This document shows, piece after piece, positions 9,116 through 19,494 of a DNA stretch of 64,000 nucleotides; within the stretch, counting starts at the first letter, position 1, and every line of letters starts with the position of its first letter. The notes under the pieces are model-generated. The model saw only the letters and a program-made list of their open reading frames with translations, was not told the DNA's origin and did no database searches. The position numbers were made by a program, and so were the translations under genes. Origin of the DNA: a virus; the IMG/VR virus record IMGVR_UViG_3300047444_000198, positions 1-64,000 of that record. One strand, written 5' to 3'.

Positions 9116-10654
9116 TCACGTCTTGATGTACAGGTACATGCCCATGAAGGGAGGACGGATGTCGATCGGAACTCCTCCTCCCACCGTGTTCTCGGTGATG
9201 GGGTGCGAGTGGGGTGCACCACCGCTGTCGATGGTGACGGGGTGCGTGTGCGTAGCAGCAGGCGTGAGAACGTGATCGTGCTGTGAAGACGTCGGCATGA
9301 GTGAGATGTTGGTGACACCCTGACCGAGGATGTTGAGGTTCGCGCCAGTGCTCGGCGGCATGGTGATGTCCTGGTTACCCAGAGCGAACCCCTCGACACC
9401 TGTTCCTTGTGGCACCTTCGTGAGGTACGCAGTGTTGGGCGCTGTCGTCGGATGCGTGTGCCCCAGGTCCCTGACATCATGCACGTGCTGGCCGTCCGTC
9501 TGGGTGGAGTGCCCGTGGGCTCCTGCGGGCGCCGTCGAGGCCGTATGGATGTGGGCGCCACCGGCATCGGTCGTGGGGCTCGCCAGGTGGTGGTGCGGAG
9601 GCATGTTGTCCACGGTCAACGTCACCTGGCTCGACGCGTTGCCGTCCTTCACCCCCGGCGTACCCCAACCGAAGAAGCAGTTGGTAGCGTTCGGTAGCAC
9701 CATGTTGACCCCGGAACGCCACGACGGGAACATGTTCCAGAGCCCACCCGCCGCCGCCTGGGTGACCGTCTGGCCGTTCATGAGCAGCCAGCCCACGGGA
9801 GGCGTGGGCATCATGCCGGTCATCGTCATGCCGGTGGGGATGACGTTCGTGGACAACTGGGTCCACGCCCCCGCCTGGAAGACCCACACGGTACCAGTGG
9901 TGGTGTTCTTGTAGAGGTCTCCTGGTGACTCACTACCGGTAGGAGTGGGGTCGTAGAATCCATGACCGAAGTTGTGGGCGGTGATGTCCCCGCCGATGGT
10001 GACATTCCCCGTCGCGGTGAGGACGCTCACCAGGAGGTTGGCGACGTCGAGCGTGCTGGTCAGCTTGAGCTTGCCCGCCGCCGTGCGCTCCAGCGCAGTG
10101 TCGTTGAGCCACTGCATCTTGCCGTAGGGATCGATCGAGAAGAGATTCCGAAGCGCCTGCCCAGCCGTGGGGTCCTGGTTACTCAACAGCATCCCGCCGT
10201 TGAGGATGGCCGTGGCGAAGCGCTGCGGGATCATGATGCGCTTGTCGGTCACCTGCGCCTGCCCGGGCGGTGTGGACCCAGGCAGGATCAGGATCGAGGC
10301 GAAGATGCACACGGTGCCGTCGTAGTACGGGAAGACCGGGTTCGGGCTCGGGGTGCCACCGATGATGATGACGCCACCGGCCGAGTTACCAGCGATCAGG
10401 TCGAAGCGGGGATTGTTGGTGGAGACAGTCAGAGAGACCTGCCCGCTCCCCGTCGCGACCTGACCGTTGACCACCCACACGCCCTGCGCCACGTTGACCG
10501 TGGACGAGCCCGTGACCGCTACATCGCAGCCCGAGATCACGCCATAGCGCAGGTTGCCCAGGAGGTTGAAGTCCAGGGCATCAGGCTCGGCCATGTCGAG
10601 GTTGGCCCCGACATCAGGCGAGTTGAGGACGATGTACCCGGCCCGCGGCGGCAT
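9116..10654 (-). CDS. Tail fibre/collar-domain protein with HxH repeats
   Basis: Collar-like PTG..PPVGWLLMNGQ, then LTVDNMPPHHH, repeated GAHxH and a C-terminal RPPFMGMYLYIK. Confidence 0.75.
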   Translation of the reverse strand: MPPRAGYIVLNSPDVGANLDMAEPDALDFNLLGNLRYGVISGCDVAVTGSSTVNVAQGVWVVNGQVATGSGQVSLTVSTNNPRFDLIAGNSAGGVIIIGGTPSPNPVFPYYDGTVCIFASILILPGSTPPGQAQVTDKRIMIPQRFATAILNGGMLLSNQDPTAGQALRNLFSIDPYGKMQWLNDTALERTAAGKLKLTSTLDVANLLVSVLTATGNVTIGGDITAHNFGHGFYDPTPTGSESPGDLYKNTTTGTVWVFQAGAWTQLSTNVIPTGMTMTGMMPTPPVGWLLMNGQTVTQAAAGGLWNMFPSWRSGVNMVLPNATNCFFGWGTPGVKDGNASSQVTLTVDNMPPHHHLASPTTDAGGAHIHTASTAPAGAHGHSTQTDGQHVHDVRDLGHTHPTTAPNTAYLTKVPQGTGVEGFALGNQDITMPPSTGANLNILGQGVTNISLMPTSSQHDHVLTPAATHTHPVTIDSGGAPHSHPITENTVGGGVPIDIRPPFMGMYLYIKT

Positions 10655-10655
10655 G

Positions 10656-11219
10656 TCAGAGGAGAGCTTCCAGGTGAGGCAACAGCGTGGCCCGGTTCTT
10701 CCCGGCTACCTCAGCGTCGATCAGCGCCTGCACCTGATCGGGGTTGTTCTCAGCGAACTCGATGACCTCGGGCACCGTGTGGGCGCCAGGGTCGTAGGCC
10801 ACCTCCACGTCAGCCTGCTCACTGGGCGGCAGCGCTTCAGCCTGAACCTGGGCCTCAGGCTGCACCATCCGGGGCGTACCCGAGAACGGCTTGACCGTGG
10901 TGACGTAGGTACCGTTGGCCAGCGGTGGCGTCCCCGCACCAGACACGGTGCAGGTGATGGTCTGGTTGGTACCAGCCGCACCTGCCGGGAAGGTGACGAC
11001 CGTGGATGCCCCCGTCGTCGGGTTGCACACGCCCGAAGCACTGGCCGTCCAGGCGTAGTCGGCCGGGTTCGTGGTACCACGAGGCCCCGTGGTGGTCACG
11101 GTGTACTGCAAGCCGTTGTTGGCGTTCTGCTGGGCCTTGGCGCCCGCAGGCGAGGACTGAACGACTCCCGGAGAGTCGGTGTACATCGTGTTGGGACCGT
11201 GGACGGTCACCATGCTCAT
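10656..11219 (-). CDS. Putative head decoration/accessory protein
   Basis: Beta-rich N-terminus and C-terminal YDP..HTVPEVIEF...AE..GKNRATL helical motif; downstream of the capsid gene. Confidence 0.5.
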   Translation of the reverse strand: MSMVTVHGPNTMYTDSPGVVQSSPAGAKAQQNANNGLQYTVTTTGPRGTTNPADYAWTASASGVCNPTTGASTVVTFPAGAAGTNQTITCTVSGAGTPPLANGTYVTTVKPFSGTPRMVQPEAQVQAEALPPSEQADVEVAYDPGAHTVPEVIEFAENNPDQVQALIDAEVAGKNRATLLPHLEALL

Positions 11220-11223
11220 TGGG

Positions 11224-11628
11224 CTACCTCCGCGCCATGCGCTCGTTGTAGGGGAAGGGCTGCTCCATCAGGAAGTCGAGGCGCGCCAGTTCGTAGGCGA
11301 CAGCCTTCGGCACCTTGTAGCGCACACCAGCCTTGAAGGCCATGTGCACGATCGGCACACCGAGGGTCATGTCCTCGATGTCGGTGTGCGTGCGGATCAC
11401 CCAGACCGGAGAGTCTTCCTCCTGCTGCTCCTGGAGAGCCATCGGAAGCTCTTGGACCTCGTCCACCACATGCGGCGCACCGAAGAGCCCCGCCATCGTT
11501 GACACACCAGGGGTGACCTCGCCACCCTCTTCCGAGACCTCCACCGGCCGCATCTCACTGGCCGGAAGGTCCGGGTCGTGGATGTCAGTGTCAGTGGCTC
11601 CGGGAGCACGTCGTTGTTGGGCCATCAC
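11224..11628 (-). CDS. Hypothetical protein downstream of the capsid gene
   Basis: AGGAG SD; C-terminal FKAG..YKVP..VAYEL motif. Confidence 0.6.
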   Translation of the reverse strand: MMAQQRRAPGATDTDIHDPDLPASEMRPVEVSEEGGEVTPGVSTMAGLFGAPHVVDEVQELPMALQEQQEEDSPVWVIRTHTDIEDMTLGVPIVHMAFKAGVRYKVPKAVAYELARLDFLMEQPFPYNERMARR

Positions 11629-11643
11629 ATCTCCTGTTCCGTG

Positions 11644-11669
11644 GAAAGAGGGGGCCGAGTGGCCCCCTC
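11644..11669 (-). terminator. Putative intrinsic terminator after the capsid gene
   Basis: Perfect 9-bp stem GAGGGGGCC-gagt-GGCCCCCTC, followed by TTT on the minus strand. Confidence 0.6.
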
Positions 11670-11701
11670 CGTCCTGTCACTTGACGGCGGGCGCCGCCAG
11701 A

Positions 11702-13009
11702 TCAGTTGGTCTGGATGCGGACGACGGCGGAATCGGTGATCGTGCCGAAGCCCCAGATCCCGTACCAGGCCAGTGCATGCTCACGGCCGAAGTCGAGCAC
11801 GCCGCCGTCCCGAAGCTCCACGGGGAGGCTGATGGCATGACCGAAGGCGTTGTCCCCGATCATCAACCCCTCGAAGATGTTGTCGGGGTTGGTGGTGGTA
11901 CCACCGCCAGGCCAGTACTCGCCCCATCCGGGCATCACGTTGGCGCCGGGACCGACTGACTCGTAGCCACCGGTCTGCGGCTGGGTGATGTCCGTGGTGG
12001 ACGACACTGTCGTGTCCGACGCGACGTCGGTACGCCAGTAGGCAGCCGCCACCGAGGGATCGAGCGCCAACGTGGGCGGCATCTGGCCAGCAGCCAGCGG
12101 AACACCGATCTGCGTGGTCTCGATGAAGACCACATCGTTCAGGCGCCCGATCTCGCCCAGCATGAAGTTGCCCGGGGCCGCGTACTTCGTGACCTCGATG
12201 AACTCCGGGGTGTCACGGAGACGACGGCTCTGGTGCGGGTGCACCAACATCACGTAGGTCTCCCCGAGGCGGGGGATGTTCTTCGACGCCATCATCTCGA
12301 CGGCGTCCTTCACCGTCGCCATGGTGAGGTAGAAGTACGGCGCACCCGTAGCGGCCACTGACACTGACGTGCCTACGGTGCCGGGGTTGTAGATGCCGTA
12401 GCCGACGTTGATGGCCGTGGTCGAGGTGTCGTAGCCGTACACCGCCGACGACGAGCGCTGGAGTGCCGTGCGGGCCTGCGTGTCGATGTACAGCGCCATG
12501 TTGCGCCCGAGGAGCCGCGAGGCCGAGGCCATCACGTCATCGAAGCTGGCGTTGAGCAGCAGTTCCGTCACCGAGACGGCAAAGCCCTGCTCAGCCACTT
12601 TTATTTGGTACTGCTGCGCGCTGAGAGCGTAGGTCCGCATGCGGACACCCTCGACCAGGGGACCGGCAGGGATCGGCAGGTTGTTGTAACGCATGAAGTT
12701 GACGGTCAGTCCAGGCATGATGCCCAGTTCCGTCTTCTTGACCGCGAACTGCTCGAATCTCAGGACCGGCATGGCCTGAAAGAGGATCTCCTTCGACCAG
12801 ATGACCTGGATCGCTGGACCCATCATGGACGAGGCCGTGGTGGGGGCGACGGAGTAGCCGCCACTCCCATCAGGACCAGCAGCCATGTTGTAGCCAGCGG
12901 CGTTGCCGTAGACGCTGTACTGGGCGCCGCCAGCGACTTGGTTGGTACCGGTGACCGCGGACCCGGTGGGGAACGGGCTACCGATCGGGGCTGGTGTTGC
13001 GTTGGCCAT
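11702..13009 (-). CDS. Major capsid protein (N4-gp56-like, HK97 fold)
   Basis: WSKEILFQAMPVLRFEQFA, PG.TVNFMRY, VHPHQ..LRD, GEIGRL..V.FIETT, DFGR...AWY; follows portal and scaffold. Confidence 0.9.
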   Translation of the reverse strand: MANATPAPIGSPFPTGSAVTGTNQVAGGAQYSVYGNAAGYNMAAGPDGSGGYSVAPTTASSMMGPAIQVIWSKEILFQAMPVLRFEQFAVKKTELGIMPGLTVNFMRYNNLPIPAGPLVEGVRMRTYALSAQQYQIKVAEQGFAVSVTELLLNASFDDVMASASRLLGRNMALYIDTQARTALQRSSSAVYGYDTSTTAINVGYGIYNPGTVGTSVSVAATGAPYFYLTMATVKDAVEMMASKNIPRLGETYVMLVHPHQSRRLRDTPEFIEVTKYAAPGNFMLGEIGRLNDVVFIETTQIGVPLAAGQMPPTLALDPSVAAAYWRTDVASDTTVSSTTDITQPQTGGYESVGPGANVMPGWGEYWPGGGTTTNPDNIFEGLMIGDNAFGHAISLPVELRDGGVLDFGREHALAWYGIWGFGTITDSAVVRIQTN

Positions 13010-13049
13010 TACTGCTCACTTCCCTTCCAGATGGAAGACGTTGTTGTGT

Positions 13050-13907
13050 CTACTGGGCCTGGCGCTGGTTGAGGCCTTGGGCTCCTGCTCGGGAAGCGAT
13101 CCCCAGTAGTTGGTCGCGATAAATAGCGAACGTCTTGTTGTCCATCTGACGGATTTCATCCGCCGAAAGGGTCTGTGTAGCCATCTGTTGTTCCATTGGC
13201 CCCACTGGCGGCGCTCCGGTGGGGGCCACTCCCCGGATCGGTCCTCGTTGCTGTGTCACCGCTGCTTGGAGATTCTGCACGATGGTAGCCGTGCGCTGCT
13301 TCATGATCTCGATGGCGTTGTCGATCTCAGCCGGGTTGGAGCCGATGATCAGGTCCCGAAGCTCGGGCAAGATCCACTCCTGCTCCTGCTCGATGCGGTC
13401 ACGCCGGTAGTCCTGGAGTTGTGTGAACTGGCGCTCCTGCGCGAAGATGGCCAGGTCACGCTCCCGCTGGGACTCGATGTCAGCCAGGCGGGTGTTCCAC
13501 TCCTGGTCCTTCTTCTCCAGGAGTTGACGCACGTCCAAGGCCTCTTCAGCCTTGGCCTGGGCCTCGGCGGCAAGGCGCTCCTGCTCCTGCTGCGCCTGCG
13601 CCTCACGGGCCTCACGGTCCTGGCGAAGCTGATCTAGCTCCCTCTCCATCTCGGTCATCCGGCCGTAGAGCTTGTCCTTCTCCTCGGTGCGAATCGCCCC
13701 GACCTCTTCCTCGGTGAAGAACCGCTGCCCCTGCGGGCCAGGCTGACCCTGCCCACCAGGGCCGTTGTTGATGACAACATGCGGTACCTGTCCACCGCTC
13801 TGCTGCATGGCTAGAAGGTCTGCCTGGGTCATGGGTGGGGTGCGCGGGTCAGCGCCCGTGATGAACCCGTTGCCGGTGTCGCCGGAATGCGTTGCTTGGT
13901 CACTCAT
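13050..13907 (-). CDS. Capsid scaffolding protein
   Basis: Coiled-coil, Q/E-rich, FTEEEV..IR.EEKDKLY motif; between portal and capsid genes. Confidence 0.8.
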   Translation of the reverse strand: MSDQATHSGDTGNGFITGADPRTPPMTQADLLAMQQSGGQVPHVVINNGPGGQGQPGPQGQRFFTEEEVGAIRTEEKDKLYGRMTEMERELDQLRQDREAREAQAQQEQERLAAEAQAKAEEALDVRQLLEKKDQEWNTRLADIESQRERDLAIFAQERQFTQLQDYRRDRIEQEQEWILPELRDLIIGSNPAEIDNAIEIMKQRTATIVQNLQAAVTQQRGPIRGVAPTGAPPVGPMEQQMATQTLSADEIRQMDNKTFAIYRDQLLGIASRAGAQGLNQRQAQ

Positions 13908-13934
13908 AGGGTCTCGTTCTCCATGTTGTCACAC

Positions 13935-15590
13935 TTACTGCTGGGTCGTGTCGTTCTGGTCGTAGTCCATGACCTGCGGCGGCATCACCTGGTAGGCCCG
14001 TTGCATCATCTCTTGAGCTAGTGCTGGGTCAACAGGGGCACCAGGCGCCATGCCACCATCCGGTAGCAGAATGGGCTGCCCATCGGGCGTCATGCCGGTC
14101 GAAGCCATCTGGAACTGCGACACCTGCAAGCGGATCAGGTCGAGAGCGCCCTGCTCCTTCAGGTCCTCCATCATCTCCTCGAAGATCTCTCGCAGCTTCT
14201 GATCGGGGTACTGCTCGCCCAGGTCACGCAGGGCGCCCTTGCGGGACTCCAGGCTCATCGCCATGAGGGCCTGGATCTCGTTGATCTTGAGCAGCCGGTC
14301 CATGGGCATGGGGTCCGGCCAGAAGATCTCGGTGCGGTAGGTGACCGGGTCGAAGGGGTCCAACTGCATCAGTTGGTCCGGGTCCGGGATCACCCCAGCT
14401 AGGGAGGGGTTGTACTGGAGGCTGTCGGGCTCGAACAGCGCGATGTACTTCAGGGCTAGCTCGTTGACCGTCTTGAAGCCCGACGTGTACTGCGTCCGCT
14501 TCTGGTGGTAGCGGTGCATCATCGACGCGTATTGCATCTGAAGCGCCACGCCCGAGGTGTTGCTAACTGGTGTCTGTTGACCCAACGCCCCCTCGGGGAC
14601 ACCGGTCATCTCGTGCATCGAGCGCTTGAGCAGTTCCATGTAGCCCAGCGGCCCCGCGAAGTTGGTGTCCAACTCCAGGTTCTCGATCTTGGCGTCCTTG
14701 TTCCCGATGGACCAGACCTTCTTCGGCCCCTTCTCCAGGTTCGACGCCTTGGCCCCGATGATCACCGTGACGGGGCTCGCGTGATAGTTGATCACGTCGG
14801 AGATGTTCGTGGCCCGCTCGTTGTACTCCCGGTTGATGGCGATGATGTCGTTGCAGTCACCGAGACCCCACGGTGATGACGCAACAGGCACGTTCGGGAT
14901 GTGCACGATGGGGATGGTGCCCAGGCTGTTCTCACGGCGGTCGATCAACTCGTCGTTGACGTACTCCTCGATCGACTCGTCGGTGACAAGCTCGACGTAG
15001 GTGTACACCTGTCGGGTGCCGTCCTGAGCCGTGCCCCAGAACTTGTACTTGAGCTTGAAGCGCTGGATGCGGGACCGATCATGGGCGTGGAACTCCGGGA
15101 AGCAGAACGCCGGGTTCAACGGCAGGATGCGGACCTTGCCCGGGTGGATCATCCCTGTTGGGTCAACCCAAGCCTCTTCGTAGGCCACCTTGATGAACAC
15201 GTCACCGGAAACGCCACCCAACTGGCCGATCTCCCACAGGAGCTTGGCTTTGTTGTTGTCGATCTCCCACACCCGCTTGAGCAGCGGCGGGATGACCAGG
15301 CTGGTGGCCTCAGGGGAGTGGAACTCCACACCACGGCCGAAGGTGAAGTTGTTGATGTAGTCGCTGAACGCCTTGATGTAGTTGAAGGTGAGTTGGGGCT
15401 CACCAATCTCCCGCTTGTACGCCCAGTGATGGCCCAGGTACCAGGCCCAGTTCATCGCATAACGATTTAGTCGAGGGCCGTGGACCTCGAACTCCTCGTC
15501 TGCTAACTCAACAAGGCCCAGCGGGCTGATGGCGATGGTCAGGTCACTGGCTGCGGCCCGGTAGCTCGGCGGGTAGAAGTTGACTGACAT
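13935..15590 (-). CDS. Portal protein (SPP1 gp6-like)
   Basis: 551 aa; N.LGTIPIVHIPN...WGLGD and SNTSGVAL motifs; position in the head module. Confidence 0.9.
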   Translation of the reverse strand: MSVNFYPPSYRAAASDLTIAISPLGLVELADEEFEVHGPRLNRYAMNWAWYLGHHWAYKREIGEPQLTFNYIKAFSDYINNFTFGRGVEFHSPEATSLVIPPLLKRVWEIDNNKAKLLWEIGQLGGVSGDVFIKVAYEEAWVDPTGMIHPGKVRILPLNPAFCFPEFHAHDRSRIQRFKLKYKFWGTAQDGTRQVYTYVELVTDESIEEYVNDELIDRRENSLGTIPIVHIPNVPVASSPWGLGDCNDIIAINREYNERATNISDVINYHASPVTVIIGAKASNLEKGPKKVWSIGNKDAKIENLELDTNFAGPLGYMELLKRSMHEMTGVPEGALGQQTPVSNTSGVALQMQYASMMHRYHQKRTQYTSGFKTVNELALKYIALFEPDSLQYNPSLAGVIPDPDQLMQLDPFDPVTYRTEIFWPDPMPMDRLLKINEIQALMAMSLESRKGALRDLGEQYPDQKLREIFEEMMEDLKEQGALDLIRLQVSQFQMASTGMTPDGQPILLPDGGMAPGAPVDPALAQEMMQRAYQVMPPQVMDYDQNDTTQQ

Positions 15591-16939
15591 CAGAAGTCGA
15601 TCTTCATACGCTTGGCCGCATCAGAGCGGCGATCCGGTACCGCACCTTCAGACGAGCGGGAGAAATCGAAGCTCGGTGTCAGCTTGCCCGTGAACTGGTC
15701 CTCACGGAGCAACGATGGTGCGTCGTGATACTTGCCAGCAGCATCCTGGACCGAGGCCGTCAGTGGCTCAGGGTCCTTCGTGGCCCGCTCGTGGGACCAC
15801 ACGTTGGACTGGAGGTCCCCCGGCAGCATCCGGTGCTTGAACGCCACACGAGTGGAGAGCATCTTGTCCACGTCGTACTGGCCAGCCTTCTTGTGCAGGG
15901 TCTCAGGCATGCCCTTGGCTGAGAGATCCCACGCGTCACTGGTGTAGGACCCAGCGTAGGCAGCCCGTACCGCCGTGGGGATCTGCTCCTGGCCTACTGA
16001 CAGCCCCTCGTTGAAGTTGGGCACCTTCTCCATGCCCTCGGTCTTGGCGGGCAGCGGGTCGGACGAGGTACCAGGCCGACCCAGCGAGATGGCGGCGCGC
16101 TCCTTGGACAGAGGCAACCCGATACCGGGCGACTCCCGGCCCAGGCGCTCCAGTGTTGACTCACGGGCCTTCACACCGGGGAAGCGGCTCTCCCGCTCCC
16201 GCACGGCGCGCCCCACGTTGGTGGCCGTGGTCAGGTTGGGCGTCGAAGGCTGGTTGGCGTTGCCCATGGACCACGGCGTGCGAGGGCTGGTCTGGGCCAC
16301 AGCGCGGGTCATCGACGCCATGGAGGAGTCAGTCTGCGCCGCCGCCGTCTCGATGCCCGGAACAGCCTGGCCGGGGGTGACATGACCAGTCTCCTCGTCC
16401 CGGCCGCTGTACCACGGCGACGTAGGTGCTGCGGCCATCAGCTTGGTCAGGTGCGCCATGTGGCGCGCACCCTGGCCGTAGTCGTCCCCGGCTGGGGTCT
16501 GGTGAGGCACATCGATGGGGTGGGAGGCTCGGGTCTCAGCGAAGTTCTGGATGGCGTTGACCTTGCGCTGATGGGCTGACACGGCACCCGTGGGGCTCGC
16601 CTCGATCCCCGGCAGGAAGCCACCCCCACTGGAAGCCAGCGGTGGTGCTACCCCGGCAGCGTGGGCGATCTCAGACACCGGCTTCTCGAACTGCTGGGTC
16701 TGGAACAACTGGCCCTGGTTCGGGTCGCCCTTGCCCGAGGGCATGAGACCATGCGCTACCAAGGTGGCCTCACGCGCAGGCTGGCGCAGAGGCACGTTGG
16801 GTGCCGGACGGCCAGACTTGCGGCCCGCCATGGGGCTGAACCCGCCTGTGGAGTGCGCCGGACCCATGGGGATGGCGCCCTCGGTCCGCTCCGGGGCTGC
16901 TCCCGAGAAGGAGTCCACCCGATTCCGTGCGATGACCAT
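15590..16939 (-). CDS. Hypothetical protein, possible HhH-GPD/DNA-glycosylase-like domain
   Basis: Ordered motifs WY...AQTSP..PW...KVPNF...YTSDAW...Y...PGDLQSNVW after a low-complexity N-terminus. Confidence 0.5.
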   Translation of the reverse strand: MVIARNRVDSFSGAAPERTEGAIPMGPAHSTGGFSPMAGRKSGRPAPNVPLRQPAREATLVAHGLMPSGKGDPNQGQLFQTQQFEKPVSEIAHAAGVAPPLASSGGGFLPGIEASPTGAVSAHQRKVNAIQNFAETRASHPIDVPHQTPAGDDYGQGARHMAHLTKLMAAAPTSPWYSGRDEETGHVTPGQAVPGIETAAAQTDSSMASMTRAVAQTSPRTPWSMGNANQPSTPNLTTATNVGRAVRERESRFPGVKARESTLERLGRESPGIGLPLSKERAAISLGRPGTSSDPLPAKTEGMEKVPNFNEGLSVGQEQIPTAVRAAYAGSYTSDAWDLSAKGMPETLHKKAGQYDVDKMLSTRVAFKHRMLPGDLQSNVWSHERATKDPEPLTASVQDAAGKYHDAPSLLREDQFTGKLTPSFDFSRSSEGAVPDRRSDAAKRMKIDF

Positions 16940-17250
16940 CAGCTACCTCCCGCAGTGGGGCTCGCCCGTCGCCGCTTGTTGTTGACGTAGCTCAGCGCTG
17001 ACGGCGCCAGGCCGGGAGGCATGTTGATGCCCATCATGTCGTCAGCCCGCTTCATGACCTCCGGCTTCATCTTGGCCCAGAGGAGTCGGTAGTTCTCCGG
17101 CTTCTCTTTGTCCTTCTTCAGCCGGATGTCATGGGGCGGGATGACGATGGGTCGGCCTGGTGAGAGGCCACCAAAGACGCGTTCGTGCACCGTTTGGGTG
17201 CTCGGCAGACGGGTTCCTACCGTCTGCATGCGCTGCGGTGGCCAAGGCAT
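16939..17250 (-). CDS. Hypothetical protein
   Basis: ATG 17250 (MPWPPQ) overlaps the upstream TGA. Confidence 0.55.
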   Translation of the reverse strand: MPWPPQRMQTVGTRLPSTQTVHERVFGGLSPGRPIVIPPHDIRLKKDKEKPENYRLLWAKMKPEVMKRADDMMGINMPPGLAPSALSYVNNKRRRASPTAGGS

Positions 17251-17627
17251 CAGTCGTTGACGACGGCGCGGTTGGGGCGCCGCTTGAGACCTTCGCTCTC
17301 CCGCTCGAAGCCGTAGCCGGTGCCGAAGGCCTGTGAGCCGTGGACGAACTCGCCCAGCATGCTCGGTGCCTCGATCCAGGTGGACGAGCCCATGTGGGCG
17401 CGCTCCCGCATCGTCTCGGCCTGGCCCTTCCAGCACGTGACCGGCCGCTCGTTGGCGGTGTCGGCGTAGGCGCCACGGCGGAAGTCGTTGGGCACGTCAG
17501 TGTCAGTGGCGATTCCCTCCTCGAAACGAAGGGGACCACGACGCCGATCGTTGCTGGCGATGTCGTGTTCGTACTGGGCTCCTCGGAACTTCTCGGGGCC
17601 GAGGGACGGGACCGGTGCGATGCCCAT
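17250..17627 (-). CDS. Conserved actinophage late protein
   Basis: GGAGG SD; RRGPLRFEEGIATDTDVP and RERAHMGSSTWIEAP motifs. Confidence 0.65.
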   Translation of the reverse strand: MGIAPVPSLGPEKFRGAQYEHDIASNDRRRGPLRFEEGIATDTDVPNDFRRGAYADTANERPVTCWKGQAETMRERAHMGSSTWIEAPSMLGEFVHGSQAFGTGYGFERESEGLKRRPNRAVVND

Positions 17628-17673
17628 GGGTGACCTCCGTGGGGTCGGTTGGCGGGATCATACGCCTGTTGGC

Positions 17674-19290
17674 TCAGCGAGACGCGAAGAACGGGCTCTC
17701 GCTCACTTCGACCGAGTCCTCGACCTCGGTCATGGACGCCGCACAGGCTAGGGCCAGGGAGTCAACGAAATCGTCATGGGCCTCCACCTCGTCTGGTGCC
17801 TCAACGAGCATTTGCCCTGCTCGGAACACCTTGATGACGTCCGACATCTGTTGACGGAACCGGCGCCAGACACGAGTGCGGCGGGCCTTGGAGTGCCCCG
17901 GGTACACCATCAAGCGCCGGTCGATCAACGTCTGGAGGTTCTTCCACCGGGTACCCTGCGCCTTGGTGTCGGACCCCATGGGGATGACGACACAACGAGA
18001 GCCCAGAAGCAGTTGGAGCCGTTCTGCGATGGCGGTACCCATGGCCTGTGCATCGACGGCGACGTAAGCGAGCCGGTAGTTGTCCAGGAAGTCAGCGATG
18101 GCGAAGTACTGCTCCTCCCAGGGCTGGTTGTGTAGCTCCAGCCAGTCCAGGACTCGGTGCTCTCGGAAGCCAAACGGATCAGGGTAGTCCCAGTCCACCC
18201 AGCACACGGTGACCACTGTTGAGTCACGAAGGCGGGCCGGGTCCACCCCGGCCACACATGCGCTCTTGTACCAGGAGCGCACCAGGGGCATGCTGGTGTC
18301 CATGAGTGAGTCCATGACCTCGTCGGTGACGAACTGACCTCGCTCCAGCAACCACTTGATGGCGTAGCTCATCTGGAACTCGTCGCTGTCCTCGCCCAGA
18401 CGACGCTTCTCCTTGGAGATGTACTTCGCATAGAGGGGGTTGTACTTGGAGACGATCTTGTAGTCGTACTCGTAGTGGTTGTGCCGACGCATCCGGCTTG
18501 TGGCTCGACGCTTGTTGAGTTGAATCGCCCGGTAGAAGTCACCCTTCACGCGGCTCGGGGTGCCGATCTTGACCATGGTCCCCGCCGTGGCTGCCATCAT
18601 GGGGTGCACCGACTTACGCACGACATCGGCGTCAGCATCCTGAGCTTCGTCTATGACGATGACGTGGTAGGTCTTACCCTCGATCTTGGCCTTCGGGTTG
18701 CACGTCTGTCGTCGGGCGAGGCTCCCGTTCTTCAGCCGGATGACCTTCCCCTTCCCCTTCACCTCGTCATCGATCTCGGGGTCCATCAGGAACTCAGTGG
18801 CGAAGTCACTCGTGAGCCGGTCCACGATGCGCCCATGCAGGGTTTCCGACTGGTCTTCGGTGGGCGCGAAGCACCCCACCCAGAGCCCCTTCTTGAACCG
18901 GGACAACATGTCGAAGCTCAACGCCAGCTTTGGTAACAGCACCATGAGACCGGCGAAGGTGTTGGCCAGGGTCTCGGTCTTGCCCGCCTGACGACTGATG
19001 AGCGCCGTCAGTTCCTCGGCGTCGTTGAGGAGGATCGACTCGATGATGCGGTAGCTGACCTCGCGCTGGTACGGGTAGAAGGGGACCTCGCAGAACTCCT
19101 CGATGAAGAGGATGCACCGCTTGACGAGGTTGTCGATGAACTCGGCCGTTGACTCATCAAGCTCGATCTGATCGGCAGGGTCCTCGTCTAGAACCGCCTC
19201 GTCGTCCTCGTCGTAGACCGGCTCGTCCTGGGCCTGAAAGGCATCAGGCAGGCGCTCGATCAGATCAGTCACCACATCATGGTGGCACAA
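17674..19290 (-). CDS. terL: Terminase large subunit
   Basis: YPYQ adenine motif, Walker A SRQAGKTE, Walker B IVIDEAQ, GTP coupling motif, nuclease AGVDPA...HDDFVDS. Exact start uncertain. Confidence 0.93.
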   Translation of the reverse strand: MCHHDVVTDLIERLPDAFQAQDEPVYDEDDEAVLDEDPADQIELDESTAEFIDNLVKRCILFIEEFCEVPFYPYQREVSYRIIESILLNDAEELTALISRQAGKTETLANTFAGLMVLLPKLALSFDMLSRFKKGLWVGCFAPTEDQSETLHGRIVDRLTSDFATEFLMDPEIDDEVKGKGKVIRLKNGSLARRQTCNPKAKIEGKTYHVIVIDEAQDADADVVRKSVHPMMAATAGTMVKIGTPSRVKGDFYRAIQLNKRRATSRMRRHNHYEYDYKIVSKYNPLYAKYISKEKRRLGEDSDEFQMSYAIKWLLERGQFVTDEVMDSLMDTSMPLVRSWYKSACVAGVDPARLRDSTVVTVCWVDWDYPDPFGFREHRVLDWLELHNQPWEEQYFAIADFLDNYRLAYVAVDAQAMGTAIAERLQLLLGSRCVVIPMGSDTKAQGTRWKNLQTLIDRRLMVYPGHSKARRTRVWRRFRQQMSDVIKVFRAGQMLVEAPDEVEAHDDFVDSLALACAASMTEVEDSVEVSESPFFASR

Positions 19291-19296
19291 CAGGTA

Positions 19297-19494
19297 CTAG
19301 ACGGTGTATCTCCTCACCGTCTCATCGAACAGCGCGTTGCCCTTGCCGCGCCAGACCCTCTGGCTACTACGCAGGCCACCGGCTGCCGGACGCACGTCTA
19401 TCCAGACCCGTACCTCGTCCCGGAACAGCCCCCGCCACAAGTCGATGTGCAGGTCCCCGAGAACCAGACTGCGATCCGGCTCACTCCCAGCCAT
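19297..19494 (-). CDS. Hypothetical protein
   Basis: 65-aa ORF tiled within the operon. Confidence 0.5.
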   Translation of the reverse strand: MAGSEPDRSLVLGDLHIDLWRGLFRDEVRVWIDVRPAAGGLRSSQRVWRGKGNALFDETVRRYTV

